Shown in pieces: positions 1-13,447 of a stretch of DNA of 64,000 bases. Origin of the DNA: Leucoraja ocellata (Eukaryota); NCBI GenBank assembly GCA_036785375.1, contig JAWMAR010000463.1:992001-1056000 (forward strand), written 5' to 3'. The number at the start of each line of letters is the position of its first letter. Within the stretch, counting starts at the first letter, position 1. The translations under genes were made by a program, and so were the position numbers. The notes beneath the pieces were generated by a model. It made no database searches. It saw nothing but the letters and a program-made list of their open reading frames with translations, and was not told the DNA's origin.

Positions 1-1688
1 TTTAGACAGATACATGGATAGGACAGGTTAGAGGGATATGGGCCAAATGCAGGTGGGCGGGACTAGTGTAGATGAGGCATGTTAGCCGGTGTAGGCCTGA
101 TTCCACGCTGTATGACTATCTGATGGAGAGATTCAGATATGTGATTGCAAAGAAAATGACAGGATTTGTATGGCAATGTCATATTCAAAGATTTTAGATA
201 TAAGAATGAAGCTGGAGAATAGCTTGGTAGTTTGCAAGGTTAGTGGGGTCCTGGTGTGAAGAGGGGTAGAGTCACAACCTAATACATTAGTAGAAAGAAC
301 ACAAATTCAGAACTGCCATAGGCTCTTCAGAATGGTGCAGAATTTTGGGTGGAACAAAAGTCCTAGCAACATGTAAGATGTAGATGGATGATATAGTTGA
401 CATAGATAATATATTTTGACTGAACTGGGATGATTTGAATGTCCGTGAACTGCGCCTTCTGATCCTGTAATTGTTTCTCTTGAAAATGCAAATTCATCCC
501 AAATGTTTTAACCTCAAATTATTTTCTTTAAATTTGCTTGCAGTTCCTGGTTATTTCTGCAACAAAGCCATAGGCTTTTCACCAAATCTCGTGTCAAGAG
601 ATGCCCCAAACCAAAATAAATTATTTCCTGAGCCACTGTTGCATATGCATTATAGAATGGGATTTTTGTAAAAATATTTTGACAATAGTTAAATGTAATA
701 AACTTTAAATAAAATGATTGCAATTAATTACAGAACAGAAGTACTGCCCTGAAGTGTTAATAACTTTGTGCTTATCATCTTCCTTTACACAAAAACCTGG
801 GGTTATACACCTGGTGAAATTTAAACGCAGGACATTGAACACTCAAAATGGGCTCATGGCCTGGGGGATTTTTTTTTTACATAAACTCATCAGATTTCAA
901 TTGGTTCTGTATTTAATGGCTTGATTTTGTAACTGAGTGTTAAATTTTCTGACTTTTGATCACCATAGTACAGGGGCATGGGGTGGGAAGCGAAATGGGA
1001 AATATATCAGTCACCATTTGCCTCTATCCTGCTGCTTTCTACTTATAGTAAGTAGGCTGATCTCTCTTAATATTACCACCCTCGCTTGTGAACAGGGTCA
1101 GCAGACACAAGAATAAATGATTTTGCTCAAAAATGGCTGCAGGTCAGAAAATAATGAATGCATTTTTAGTCAATATCTTGACTAAATATTACTTTTGTGT
1201 ACTGTGAAGAGCTGCATTATCGGATGCTACCTTTACAATCGAATAGTAGAGTTCTGTCTTGTCTATTAGAAGTGTGGGAAGTTCTACTATGCTCATTAAA
1301 CCAGACAGATTTGTCTAGTTATTTTCCTTATTATTGATTGTAGTATATACAAACTGATCACAATAGATAAAAGTGAATCAATATTAAAATTTACTTCACT
1401 GGCTACAAAGAACTTTACAATGTGCTAGAAAGTGGAAGAAGCCATGACGATGTTCGTCATTGCATAAATTGGAAAATGAATTTTGCTTAAAGTTAATGAT
1501 CCCTTAATGTATCACTAACAACACAAGAGTAACTGGACTTGCATTCCAGAATTCCGTACCCTTCAGTGTGAAACACTCCCTCCATATTGAAGCATTTCTT
1601 CCCAACTCAGTGCAAAATACTCCTTCAAACACTGAAAATTTCCCTTGCACATCAGTGAACCCTCAGCATTCCAGAATTTCACAGCATA

Positions 1689-1818
1689 CAATGCCTTCCA
1701 TAATGTTTGGGACAAAGACCCATCATTTATTTATTTGCCTCTGTACTCCACAATTTGAGATTTGTAATAGAAAAAAAATCACATGTGGTTAAAGTGCACA
1801 TTGTTAGATTTTAATAAA
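1689..1818 (+). mobile_element. Tc1-like terminal fragment
   Basis: TA|CAATGCCTTCCATAATGTTTGGGACAAAG... resembles a fish-type Tc1 long TIR. No partner end seen. Confidence 0.5.
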
Positions 1819-2049
1819 CCTTATGGAGGGCACTGTGTCACTGCATGGTCTAGTGATGCAGACTGTAAATTCTGGCTCGGTATCCATTCCTGAGGCAACT
1901 ACTTGGAAAATAACTGTGATATGGGGGAAGAAATTGATTATCTATCATTAGTATTAAATGGGGAATCGCTTCCAAAATTCTGTTCTGTTGGCTCAATGTG
2001 ACTGACACTACTGATTAAAACTCAAGACCTATGAAAAGAGGTCAATAAA

Positions 2050-2520
2050 ACATAGAATAGTACATCACAGACACTGTCCCTTAGCCCACAATGTCTGTGC
2101 TAGAACATGATGTCAAGTTAGACTAATCTCCTCTGTCTGTATGTGGTTCATATTCCTCCATTCCATGCATATCCACATGTTTATCTAAAGGTTGCTTAAA
2201 TAGCACTATTTTATTTGCCTCCACTTCGACCCCAGGCAGCATGTTTCAGGTATTCACCACTCAAAAAAAGACATCCCACACATCCTCTTTAAACTTTGCC
2301 CTTCTCATCTTAAAGCTATGCCCTATAGTCTTTGACATGTCCACTGGAGGGGAAAAGTTCTCGCTGTCTATCCTATCTATGTATCTCATGAATTTATATA
2401 CTTTTATCAGGTCTCCCCTCAGTCCCCGACGTTCTAGAGAAAGCTGTCCAGGTTTGTCCAATCTTTCATAGGAACTAATACTGTCTAATTCAGACAGCAT
2501 TTTGATAAACCACTTCTGCA
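2050..2520 (-). mobile_element. CR1/HER1 LINE 3' fragment
   Basis: Minus ORF has SYERLDKPGQLSLERRGLRGDLIKVYKFM...GHSFKM, the CR1 ORF2 C-terminus. Confidence 0.85.
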
Positions 2521-2524
2521 CCGT

Positions 2525-3560
2525 CTTCACAGTGTGCTCAGTCCCCTGCTCTACTCATTATATCTATAACAGTGTAGCCAGATACAATTCCAACTCCATC
2601 TTTAGATTTACTGATGACACCACCATTGTTAAACAAATACAGACAATGATGTGTCAGAGTATAGGAGGGAGATTGACTATCTGATTCACCACCAGGTGGT
2701 GCCTGTAATGGCCGCCTCGTCAGGAGTCTGCCTTGTCCCTTCTCTGTTTTTATGTCTCGAATGTTTGTTTTAATGTCTCTTGGTATGTTTTATGGGGAGG
2801 GTGTGGGGGGGGGGGGAGGGAGAGGGATCAGGGGAAACCTTTTTCAGTCACTTACCTCGACGGAGATGTATTTTTGCTTTTTACTTTGTATGGCTGTATG
2901 GTAACTCAAATTTCACTGTACCTTAATTGGTACATGTGACAATTAAATTGAATCTTGAATCTTGATTGAATGGTGTCAGAACAGCAACCTTGGTCCAAAC
3001 ATCCCTAAAGCCAAAGTACAGATTGTTTACTTTATAAGAGGATGGCCAAGGGGCAGAGGTTCGTGGTGGAGAGAATCAGCAATTTCAAGTTCCTAGGTGT
3101 GCATGTCTCTGAAGATTTGTTCTGAACCCAGCCCATTGATGCGATCGTAAAGAAAGTTCATCAGCACCTTTAATTCCTTATAAGATTGGGGGGGATTTGG
3201 TATGTCGACAAGTACTCTCTTGAACATTTCCAGGTGTGCAGTAGAGATCATATTGACTGGTTGCATCATGGCCTGGTTCGTCGACACTACGGGGATTAGA
3301 AGAAATGGTAAACAGTGCTCAGTGCATCTCAGGTACTGATCTCCTCACCATTGAAGTGATCTATAGGAGGCGCTGGCTCAAAACGGCAGCCAACAACATC
3401 AAGGACCCACACCACCCTAGCCACACTCTCATTGAATTTCTGCTATTGGCAAGAAGGTATAAGAGTTTAAAAACTGTAGTGTCCAGATTCAGGAACAACC
3501 TCTTCACCACAACCATCATGCTATTAAGAGCAACCAACCCCAACTAAACTTCAAACTGCC
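2525..3560 (+). mobile_element. Rex/Babar-like LINE 3' part, interrupted by a short element at about 2690-2965
   Basis: RT motif FRFTDDTT and C-terminal IKDPHHPSH..LL..RRYKSLK....RFRNN. Confidence 0.75.
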
Positions 3561-3629
3561 TTAATTGCACTAGGGACTTCGGGCTTTGTTTTGTCTTGCA
3601 CTATATTCGGTATCTTATTTATTAAACTT

Positions 3630-3935
3630 GGGTGGCACATTGGCATAGCTGGTAGAGTTGCTGCCTCACAGTATTGAGCACGAGACCCGTGTTCAATACT
3701 GACCTCTAGTGCAGTCTGTGGGGGTTGCACGTTCTCCCTGTGACGTGCGTTTCCTCCAGGTGCTCCTGTTTCCTCCCCAAAGATGTGCAGGTTTGTAGGT
3801 TAATGATTCTCTGTAAAATTGCCCCTAGTCAATGAAAAAGCGGAATAACGAGAAACTAGTGTGAATGGGGGTCAGTGTGGACTCAGTGGGCAGAAAGGTC
3901 TATTTCCCTGCTGTATTTCCAAATTTAACAAAACT
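3630..3935 (+). mobile_element. HE1-type V-SINE
   Basis: tRNA-like head, V-domain (GCACGTTCTCCCTGTGAC...TTTCCTCCAGGTGCTCC) and CR1-like tail. Confidence 0.8.
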
Positions 3936-4719
3936 TTTTTTTATTTGTTTATTATGTTATCATTTGAGTACAGTGTTTACAAGCCTCTTGTGCTACTGCA
4001 AGTACAAATTTCATTTTTCTGTTTTGGTACATATGACAATATTGACTTGAGACAATGACAGAAAAATCTGAGTGGGATAGAGAATTAAAATGACCAGCGA
4101 TTGTAAGATCGGACTCACTCTTGCAGGCTGAGCAGAGGTGTTCTGCAAAGGAGGAATGACGAGCCTGTTATATGGGCCATGTGGAAGGTTTTCCAACGAC
4201 TACAGATGGAAATTGAATTGTAGTATGTAGACGATAAATAGGAGATGATTCCAGGTGTGGCGGTGTAGTGGCATTGCAGGTCGGTAAAATGCCTCTCAGC
4301 TCCATTTACCTGGAGTCAAAGCTGACTAGTTCTGTCTGTGAATTCTCACCGTGATCATGCGGATTTCACACTTCTGCAGTATTCTCCCACTTCCCAAATG
4401 TGCAGGTTGCGGGTAGTTAACCATGTGTATTATTCCCAGAGTAGGTCTGATTGGAGTCGGTGGAACAGATGGGAATATGACTGAGAAAAGGCTACTGATA
4501 GATAAATGGGAGAAAGTGATTGCACTGTCTGCTGTATCTTATTCCCATGTCACAAAGGAATATGAAAGTTATTTAATAAGTAATCCAGAAGTTTGAATTT
4601 ACAATGTCAGAACACATTAAAATCTTACCACACAGCTGGGTGGTTTTTCAATTAATTAAATTTGGAATGTTTTGATGTAGTGAACAAAAATGTCCATTAT
4701 CAAATGCTCACTTAATCCA

Positions 4720-5380
4720 TATTCCTACGTAACCAAGTGTGTCTATCCAAAAATCTCTTAAATGCCACTATTGTATCTGCCTCCACCCTGCCAGCAGTGT
4801 ATTGCCACCAGGCACCCACCACTCAATGTGTAAAAGAAAATTAGATTTTTAAAATTTTAATTATTGTAATTTATTTGATATTTCCACCCTGGGGAAAAAG
4901 TTCTCTCTGAGTACCCTATCTATGCCTCTCATAATGTTGCATTCATCGATCAGGTCTCCCCTCAACCTTCAGCATCCCGGAGAAACCATCCACATCTGTC
5001 CAACCTCTCCTTGTAGCTAATACCCTCTGATTTAGGCATCATTCTGGTAAATCTCCTCTGCACCCTTTCCAAACTCTCCACATCTTTCCTGTATTGAGAC
5101 GACTAGAACTGTACGCAGTATTCCAAAGCTGGCCTAACCGAATTCCTATCAAGCTGCATCATGACTTCCTGACTCTTATATTCGATGCTTAGACCAATGA
5201 AGGTATGCACACCATATACCCTCGTTATCACTATCCACTTGGTGTTACTTTCAGTGTGTTATGGACTTGGACCCCAAGATCTCTCTGTACATTAATGCTA
5301 TTAAGGATCTTGCCATTAATTGTATATGTCCTCCTTACATTCAAACTGCCAAAGTACAACACCTCACACTTGCTCGGATT
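4720..5380 (-). mobile_element. CR1 LINE fragment
   Basis: Reverse complement carries CR1 RT C-terminal motifs (CAGGTCTCCCCTCAACCT, ACCCTTTCCAA, GAACTGTACGCAGTATTCCAA). Confidence 0.75.
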
Positions 5381-6295
5381 GATGGAGTAGAAGGGAGAAT
5401 GCTATTAAAGAGAGGTGAGGGGAAGGGATGGAGCAGAAATTGGTTCGGTGAAGAGGGGCGAGTGGCAGAAGGGTGGAGATGCTAACAAAGGCTAGAGGTG
5501 AAATGGAGACAGATGGGGAAACATAAGGAAGGGAGAGGAGTGAAATCTAAAACTGGAGGGAGAGCTGGTTGGTGGAAACGAATGGTTGTTTGCGGAAACT
5601 CTCATTTTCCTTTTATCATCACTTCTCTCCCCTTTCCTCGACTTGGATATGTTCTCCAACAGTTGGTTTATTGTATTGTCATTGGCTTCTAATCCATTTA
5701 ATTGTTGTGTTATCCTTTGTTTATACTTTCAAAGACATGCTGACCTTTTAATTCTGCTAGTTTTCAGCAGTTGTAACCGGGACCAGGTGTCCGTTGGAAA
5801 TTTCACCTTGTGAAAAATCTCCACATTTTATCTTTTTGATAGTTTGATAAGAAGTTGGCTGGACTGTACATTCAACTTCATTTATTATTTTTTATTTAGT
5901 CTAGAGAAGGAATCAAATCTGTTTTTCATAATGGCCAATTTTAGTCCACACTGTCATTAACAGTCATCTTTATTTTTTTCTCCTCATTCATCTCTGCTTA
6001 TTTTGTTAAACCCAAGTGTACATGATAGTTATTATTTCCTGTTGTAATTCCAGGTATATTGTCCTCCTTGTTCTTAAGACTTATAAATCCTTTATTTTAA
6101 TCCATTTGTTGCTTACAACTCGTCATTTCAGTTGTTGCCATTGCCAACAATTGATATGTTTTTAAAATTTAGTATCCACAAATCACTGCTAAAGTACCCT
6201 CAACTTAGCTCTTGTACTTCTTTACAAACCTGTCCTGTTTATTAGATTTTGATTTCCCAAGATGCATTCAGTGAATTTTGAATATTTCTTTACTA

Positions 6296-7727
6296 CAGGT
6301 GCACAACCTTTTATCCGACAGCCTTGGGACCAGACACTTTTCGTAATTCAGAATTTGTCGGTCTTCGGAATGGAAATTTTTTAGCGTAGATTTTAATGGC
6401 TGGCTCAGTGGTAGAGTGTTCGGCTCATATCCGCAAGGTCGCGAGTTTGCGCCTTGATCCCGGCAGTTACTCGGTCGCGAGTTTGAGTCTTCAATGTCGT
6501 TTTTTCTTGCAGAATAATTGTTTGTATGAAATGCAGTGTAGGAGAGGTGTACTGACTGTGTGGACAGAACTTTGGAAGTGATTGCCCACCAGTCTAAAAA
6601 GCCGCTGTGTCTCCTTGTCCCTGAGATAGCAGGGGGCGATCAAACAGCACAATACCCCCCTCCCCCTCCAACTCCAGAGGAATCCTCTCCCCGATGGGCC
6701 GCTACGGCGACAAGTGGCAGTTTGCCCACAGCCCGAGTTGCGTCACCCCAAGAACAATTCGTACCTTGCACACCATCAGCGTCTGCCCCTACGTGTTCCT
6801 CTGGAGTTGGAGCGGGGCTGGGCTGGAGTTGCTGCTGGCTGTGGATCTCTGGGATCTCCGTGCTTGCAGTGGGCCTGGGGGTCGCTGTCCCGTTGGTCCT
6901 GACGTCTCCGGACACCCCCCTGGACTGGAGCTGAGACTGGGAACTGTACCGCCCTTGCCCCCTCCCTCTGCAACTGCAAACAATCCCACTCTCCTGCAAG
7001 GGCGGTACAGTTCCCGGAGGATAGCAGGTGGCTGGAGACGTCAGGACCAACAGGAACCCGCTCCCCGATGGGCCCCTACGACGCCCCGAGCTGCGCCCCG
7101 TCATCCGCAACCCAGATTCCTCTGTAGTTGGAGCGGGGCTGGGCTGGGCTGCTGTTGGCTGTGGGTCTCTGGATTCTCCGTGCTTGCAGTGGGCCTGGTG
7201 GTCGACGTCCAATTGGTCCTGACGTCTCCGGTGACTGCACTGACCTGCTGGCTGCCATCGCCGACGTAAAGACGGTGCAAAGCCCCCACGCCGGTGCAAT
7301 GCGCGGGGAGCTGGAGAGGGGAGGGATGGGGTCACACACACATGGCCGGGAAGCAGAGGGGTGTAGGTGGGGTGAAACTGAAGGGAGCGACAATCTGCTG
7401 CTGCCTGCACGCTGACTTAAAAAGTTCCCACGCAAGACTCACGATACACTGTGTATCGTGAGTCTACCGTGGGAACGTTTTAACTCAGCTGGCAGGTAGC
7501 AGCATATTGTCAATTATTAACCCTCCCGCGCAATATACCCTCACCTTCTCTTTTATGAATGGGGATTTAGTTCCCCTTTCTTCGAGGACCGACCGGAGGT
7601 TCCGCTGTCACCTCTGCGGGCCGCCCTCGGTGAACGTTTTCAAGGACCTTTCTTCAAGGACCGAAAAAAATGTCGCTATTCGGAGGTTTTCGTTATTTGG
7701 ATCTTCGGATAAAAGGTTGTGCACCTG
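6296..7727. mobile_element. Non-autonomous Tc1/pogo-type DNA transposon
   Basis: Perfect 23-bp TIRs CAGGTGCACAACCTTTTATCCGA (6296-6318 and 7705-7727), flanked by TA on both sides. GC/CpG-rich interior, no transposase ORF. Confidence 0.9.
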
Positions 7728-8169
7728 TACAACCGAATTCTGTTTTCTTGTGATAAATATTAAGACACTTGAAATGAAAGCAGAAAATGGTGGAAACATT
7801 CATTATCTCAGATAGCATATCTGGAAAGAGAAGTAGAGTTAACATTTTAGGTCTGAGACTCGTCAGAACTGGCGAAGAGAGAAAACAAATTACAGGTGCT
7901 CTCCAGATTAAGAATAATCAATATATGTGCAGCACTTGCATGCAAGCAAGCATTTGGGAGACAGGCGGGATGGATTTGCTGTTTGCTGTGGAACTGCAGG
8001 CATCTTCTACCGTGTACGAACACAATCCATGGCAATATCTGAGTGCTTGCTTTTGGTTGGCCTGTTTTTAATTTAAAATATTTTGCATGTGGCTGCATTT
8101 CTGATTTCGGAACAGTTTGAGTTGCAAACAGTTCTCATGTTGCCGATAAAGTGGGGGAGGTGGAGAAGG

Positions 8170-8472
8170 AATGGTGATGACACACTGGTCAACCTGAGGA
8201 GCACCTTGAGCAACAGACTGGTTCCACGAAAATGCAGCACAGAACGCCGCAGGAGATCCTTTTTCCTTGTGGCTATCAAACTGTACAACTCCTCCCCCTT
8301 CTGTCATGGGGTAGACTGACTCCCCTCCCAATCTTTGTACATCCCGAATCCTGGACTTTCCACTCGTCACTTTAATTTATCATTCATTTTTTTGTTTCAT
8401 GTACCATGTTGTGTTTTATGACCGTTGGCAGACCAATTTTCCTCCAGGGATAAATAAAGTGCTATCGTATCA
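8170..8472 (+). mobile_element. Rex/Babar-like LINE 3' end
   Basis: Encodes SNRLVPRKCSTERRRRSFFLVAIKLYNSS, then a tail GGATAAATAAAGTGCTATCGTATC. Confidence 0.7.
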
Positions 8473-10654
8473 TAAAGATAAAGGAGTATCTCTGCTAGAG
8501 TTAGCCCAAATGGGTTAATGGGGCAGTTAGAGTCAAATTATGCTTATTTGTCAATGTAATATGTTGCTAATGGTAGGGCTAAGTGACATGCACAGCAGGA
8601 CAGGCTGAGCAAATCTGAGCCCAAATCACAAATGGGTGACTGACAGAAATGGCCAGTTCATGTTCAGACAGAGAGAATTACATGAAGTTGGAGAATTTGA
8701 TATTAGAAGGGTGCAGCTTGCTCAGACAAAGGATGAGATGTTGCTCCTCAAGCTTGCATTAGGCCTCATTGTAACAGTATAGGAGGTCACAGACAGATAG
8801 GTCAGAGTGGGACTAGGATGAGAATTAAAGTGGCAGGTTTACGAGAAGCTCAATAATGCAGAGTGATTACCCAATTTGCATTTGGTTTCTCCAATGCAGA
8901 GGTGACCACAATGGATGTTGCCTCCCTTGTGCTAGGATCAAGCATGTTACTGAGTAGTTTCAGAACATCATGAAAGGAGAGGTTTAATCGCCTCATGGTC
9001 ATGAAATGAGGTCCGACCAAATGTAGGGAATCTAGAAAAGCAGTTATGGAAAGTCGAGCAAAAAAATTACAAAACATTGCTAAAAAAACATGTTAAAAGT
9101 GGTTTATGCTTGCAGTATTTGCAACAAGATAAATTAATTCATGGCGCAAATTAAACAACACGGGTGTAATCTAATTGCCATTACAGAAATGTGGTTGCAG
9201 AGTGTCCAAAGCTGGGAACTAAATATTGGGTATTCAATATAGAGGAAGTACAGTATAATACTGTTAATAAGGGAGATCAGAGTAACGATGAAAAAATGAT
9301 TGTGGCTTGATAGAATAAATTTGGGTTGAGTTAAGAAACCAGCAAAGGGCAGAAAACATTGGTTGGAGTTATGGATAGGCCACTAAATAGCTGTAATACT
9401 GGGCCAGCATAATTCATGAAATCATAGTTGCCACAGGGATAATAGAGTATCGATGCAAGAATAGGCAGGCATTAGATTTGGACTAATCAAATTTACAGTA
9501 ATAAGGTGCAAGATGAAGTTGTGAAAATGCTTTTGTGTATTAACTGCCATCTGCAGTTCTTTGTTTCAACTACATACAATGACAATCCCATACTCAGTTA
9601 TAGCGGATAATCAGCAAAAACGGACAAAATTCCCCTCCCCCTATGGCCTGTTTTAACAAGAGTTTATTGTACACATTTGTGCTATCAATATTGAAAGGGA
9701 GAGAAAAAAAAATCAATTTGGATAGTCCTAGAAATCAAAGGTATGACTTCAAAAGACTGATGAAAGGAGAAGGGAAAATCGTGTCGAGGTGCTGATGTAT
9801 GCTGACTTTCAAATCGTCAACTTTCTTGCCATATACACATGTACCTTCAACTAATAGTGGCAGCCAATAAAGTATGGTTCTGATGAGTATCTCTAGCTGT
9901 TTTACCAAGATTGCCAACAATCATTATTTTTTACTGATGTTTGAGTGAAAGAAAATTGGGATATAGATATTCTAAAACATTAGAAGACAGTAAATCATTT
10001 TTTAATAATTCAATTTAGTTAATTCTGCTAACGTTTTGCATATGTTGAAGGCAATTTAGCTTGGATGGTGGCCATTAGGGGAAAACATTTTGAGTGATGA
10101 ATTAAAAAAAAATTGAGCCATTGTCATCCCTTCAAAGTATTAAGTATTTTGACATTCATTTATTGGCTGATGGTGTTATCAATGGAGTATTTTATGGATT
10201 AAAATTATTTTCCCCTTATTCTCCTGTTGGATTATATTGCATTCACCATTCACCCCAAGGTATCACCGAGGGTGTTATAAAGACTACTCAAGCAGAACTG
10301 TTTAAATCAAACAAAAACGTCAAGGCTAGCAAGTGCATGGTGTTTGTCATCTTGATTGAATGTGCATTACAATTCCTTATTTATCGTTGAGTTAAATCTT
10401 GAAATTCCCCACCCAGTAACAATGACAACGTTGATTTGAAGAATTTCACATACTGGCTGCAGCAGTTCAAGGAAGTGTCTCATCACTAGCTTCTTATGCA
10501 ACTAGAAATAAATGCCAGTCTTATCAGTGGTGTTCACATTCCAAACAATTATAACATTTCTAAAAAAAACGACATTTGGCAGCAGTTGCCTATTTTTTGA
10601 GGCTGCATGTAATCTTACAGTTCCGTATCCACCTGATGCCAATTTTTTTTCCAG

Positions 10655-10718
10655 ACCTGATCACTTGAATGGCCACATCAAACAAGTGCACACTGCAGAG
10701 AGACCCTTTAAATGTCAG
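10655..10718 (+). CDS. PATZ1: PATZ1 internal coding exon (exon 2 equivalent), C2H2 zinc-finger region
   Basis: ttttttttccag acceptor and CAG|gtgagt donor. Encodes (R)PDHLNGHIKQVHTAERPFKCQ, matching recalled human PATZ1 RPDHLNGHIKQVHTSERPHKCQ. 64 nt. Confidence 0.96.
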
Positions 10719-11163
10719 GTGAGTTAGTGCTTCAACATCTTGCAAAGTCCAAAAAATGGTAATTTAAGGTTTTTTTTTCTCCAAGCATATTTTGTCCATA
10801 TAGCAATGTAGCTTACAGCTTGATTTTATTATGGAGATCTCTGAAGAAAGTCATATCCATCTTCATCCAATAACCTCACATTCATATTTTTCTATGGGAG
10901 ATACCGAAAAGAAGCTTGGTGGAGAAACACCAACAAATAATAATGTCCTTAACTAGGGTGTAACTGTTTTTGCAGCTTAATATAATGCTGGGGCCACTTT
11001 CATTTCCTGGATCAGTCCATGTTGGTAGTGAATTTTCAACAGCATGAAAGGAAATTATCATGCCTGCTTAATCTCTAAATGTTGATTTGTAATTAAACTG
11101 TTCAGTCGATAATGGTGTTTAAATTGTTTGAACATTTCCCTTGTTATTGATGTATTTTTCCAG

Positions 11164-11335
11164 ACTTGTGAAGCTTCCTTCGCTACCAAAGACCGTCTGC
11201 GCTCTCACTTGACATGTCATGAGGAGAAAGTTCCCTGTCAGGTGTGCGGGAAATACTTGCGTGCGGCTTACATGACCGATCATATCAAAAAGCACAATGA
11301 AGGGCCAAATAACATCTGCAACATCTGTAATAAAG
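11164..11335 (+). CDS. PATZ1: PATZ1 exon 3 equivalent, zinc fingers
   Basis: tttttccag acceptor and AAG|gtaatt donor. Encodes TCEASFATKDRLRSHLTCHEEKVPCQVCGKYLRAAYMTDHIKKHNEGPNNICNICNK. 172 nt, phase 0 to 1. Confidence 0.97.
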
Positions 11336-13212
11336 GTAATTTTGTAATGAAAGTTAAAAGCGCACAAATGATTAATTGTGCAAATTTCTTCAACTGAAGG
11401 TTATTGCTGTAGAGATGCAAATAATCTTGATCAGAGATACCTGATTAGTTTGTGAATTGTTGTACCTTAACTACTTAAAAAGATAGTATAAACACATGAA
11501 TTTACAATGTGATAGAAATGGCGAATAATTCTTGATTTTAAAATAAGATTAAAAAATATATATACTTTTGTGTTTGAAAGGTCATCGTTAACATTCATGG
11601 AAATAGATTGTGTTCCATTATCCAAAATTGTTTCAGAAATGCATGTTGTGTTTCAAATTTTCACATATGCAACATATTTGTCACATTTAAACCCAAATGG
11701 TCAGTTATGTATTTAGAGTTTGTTGGATAATTGACTCAAAAAGTAGAAACTCACTGAAAAGTGCAACCTCCAGTCAATAATTGACAATTGGAAGGGAAAA
11801 CTAATGGGAAATATGTTCTGAAAATATGTGGCCATGGCATTAAAATGTTTAATATATTTTGATTGGATTTTGTATATACAAGGAAAAAAATATATATTCA
11901 CTGATGTAATTATTGCAGGATTACCCTGGTAGTTTTCCCCCCAATCTCCAGGTTCTTCAGACAAATTGGGACATGAACTCCAAATATATCCTGGGGTTGG
12001 GTTAGGAAAGGTTTTGCTTTATTTATTTTTACATGATATTTATTGTCCAAAGTGGTACTTCTTGCCTTTAGATGCATAAGCGAATCTGATGGGTTTTTAT
12101 GGTAGTTTATTTGCTACAAAGTTACTTTTACTGCAACTAGCTTTAAATTAAGCTATATTTAATTATTTGTTTAAATTCCCCAGTTGCCATGATCAAATTG
12201 AGCTTGTGTTTTGTCAGTGGTCAATAAGTCTACTCCAGGAAACCAATCACAATGCTATGTTGAGATTATATAATTCTGTCCTTTCATTGCTTTAGACATT
12301 GTCATTGGTCTACTTGCTTTAATTGTGATAGCAACTTGTTCCTAAATTAAGACCTAATCTTAATTCTTCTTTGCAAAGGTTTAATCAACGTTTACAAATT
12401 TCGTAACTAATCAAAATCCACCTTGTAAAATATAGAGAAAATTAGGGCTTGTTTGATCACTGAAGTCTAATTTGTTTAACTCTCCAGTATCTATTTCGTC
12501 AGAAAATAATTTTAGCTTTGTAGCATGTGGAATGATAACAATGATTTCAGTCTAAATCTGGTTGTGCTCCTGGTTTTAGTTGTTCCCAATTTGTTCATTG
12601 AAGCCAAGATGTTTCTGTTTTGCTTGTTGTGGACAATTCTGTATGTTTTATCTACAGTTTTCTGGTATCAGAAGTATTGGTAATTGATTAGCGGTGCAAT
12701 ATAAGACATTGTTAAATAAAATTAGAGTACATGTGATTGGAAGTAAGGTACTGGCATGGGTTGATTTTGTTAATGGATAGAAAACAGTAGGAGTTAATAA
12801 AGAGTTATTTTTAGGTTGGCATGTGGTAACGAGGGATGAGTTGCATGCGCCCTGGCTGTTTGTGGTCTATTTCAATGATTTTGACGAGGGAACAGAGCAT
12901 GGTGTATAATATCTAAATTTGCTAATAATGTAAAGCTGGATGGCACTCTAAATTATGAAGAAAATATAGAAATACTTCAAGATAATATAGAAAGTTCAAG
13001 TGAATGGACAAAGACGTGGATGGAACATTAACTGGGAAAATGTGAAACCGTCCACTGGTTAAAAAAAAGAGTGGAGTATTTTCTAAATGATGAGGGGTTG
13101 AAAAGAGTTGTTGTTCAAAAAGATCTAGTTGTCCTTGTATATGAATCACTAAATGTACCAACAACGGTTTCAGGGGAGATGATCTTGCTGAAACATGTAA
13201 AATACTTGGTAT

Positions 13213-13447
13213 TAGTTTTTGAGATGCAGCGTGGAAACAGACATTTCGGGCCACTGAATTCGCGCCAACCAGCAATCACCCGTCCACTTGTCCTATTCCA
13301 CACACTATTTACAGAAGTGTCTTTGGAATGTAGGAAGAAACCGGAGCACCTGGAGAAAACCCACACAGTAAAGGAAGAATGTGCAAACTCCGTACAGACA
13401 GCATCTGTAGTCAGGATGGAACCCGGGTCTCTGGCGCTGAAAAGCAG
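13213..13447 (-). mobile_element. HE1-type V-SINE
   Basis: GGAAGAAACCGGAGCACCTGGAGAAAACCCAC...TGCAAACTCCGTACAGACAGC is the reverse complement of the V-domain. Confidence 0.75.

Noticed and set aside
6398-6465. Functional tRNA-Met gene
   Set aside because: B box/T-loop is degenerate and no acceptor stem was found. Treated as a captured relic.
6640-7410. 256-aa minus ORF and overlapping 191-aa plus ORF
   Set aside because: Inside a GC-rich, internally repeated non-autonomous transposon. Several frames are open on both strands, and no DDE or other domain motif is visible.
10719-10727. Intron-retention PATZ1 short isoform like the human one
   Set aside because: Read-through stops after two codons (VS-stop), so there is no conserved alternative tail.
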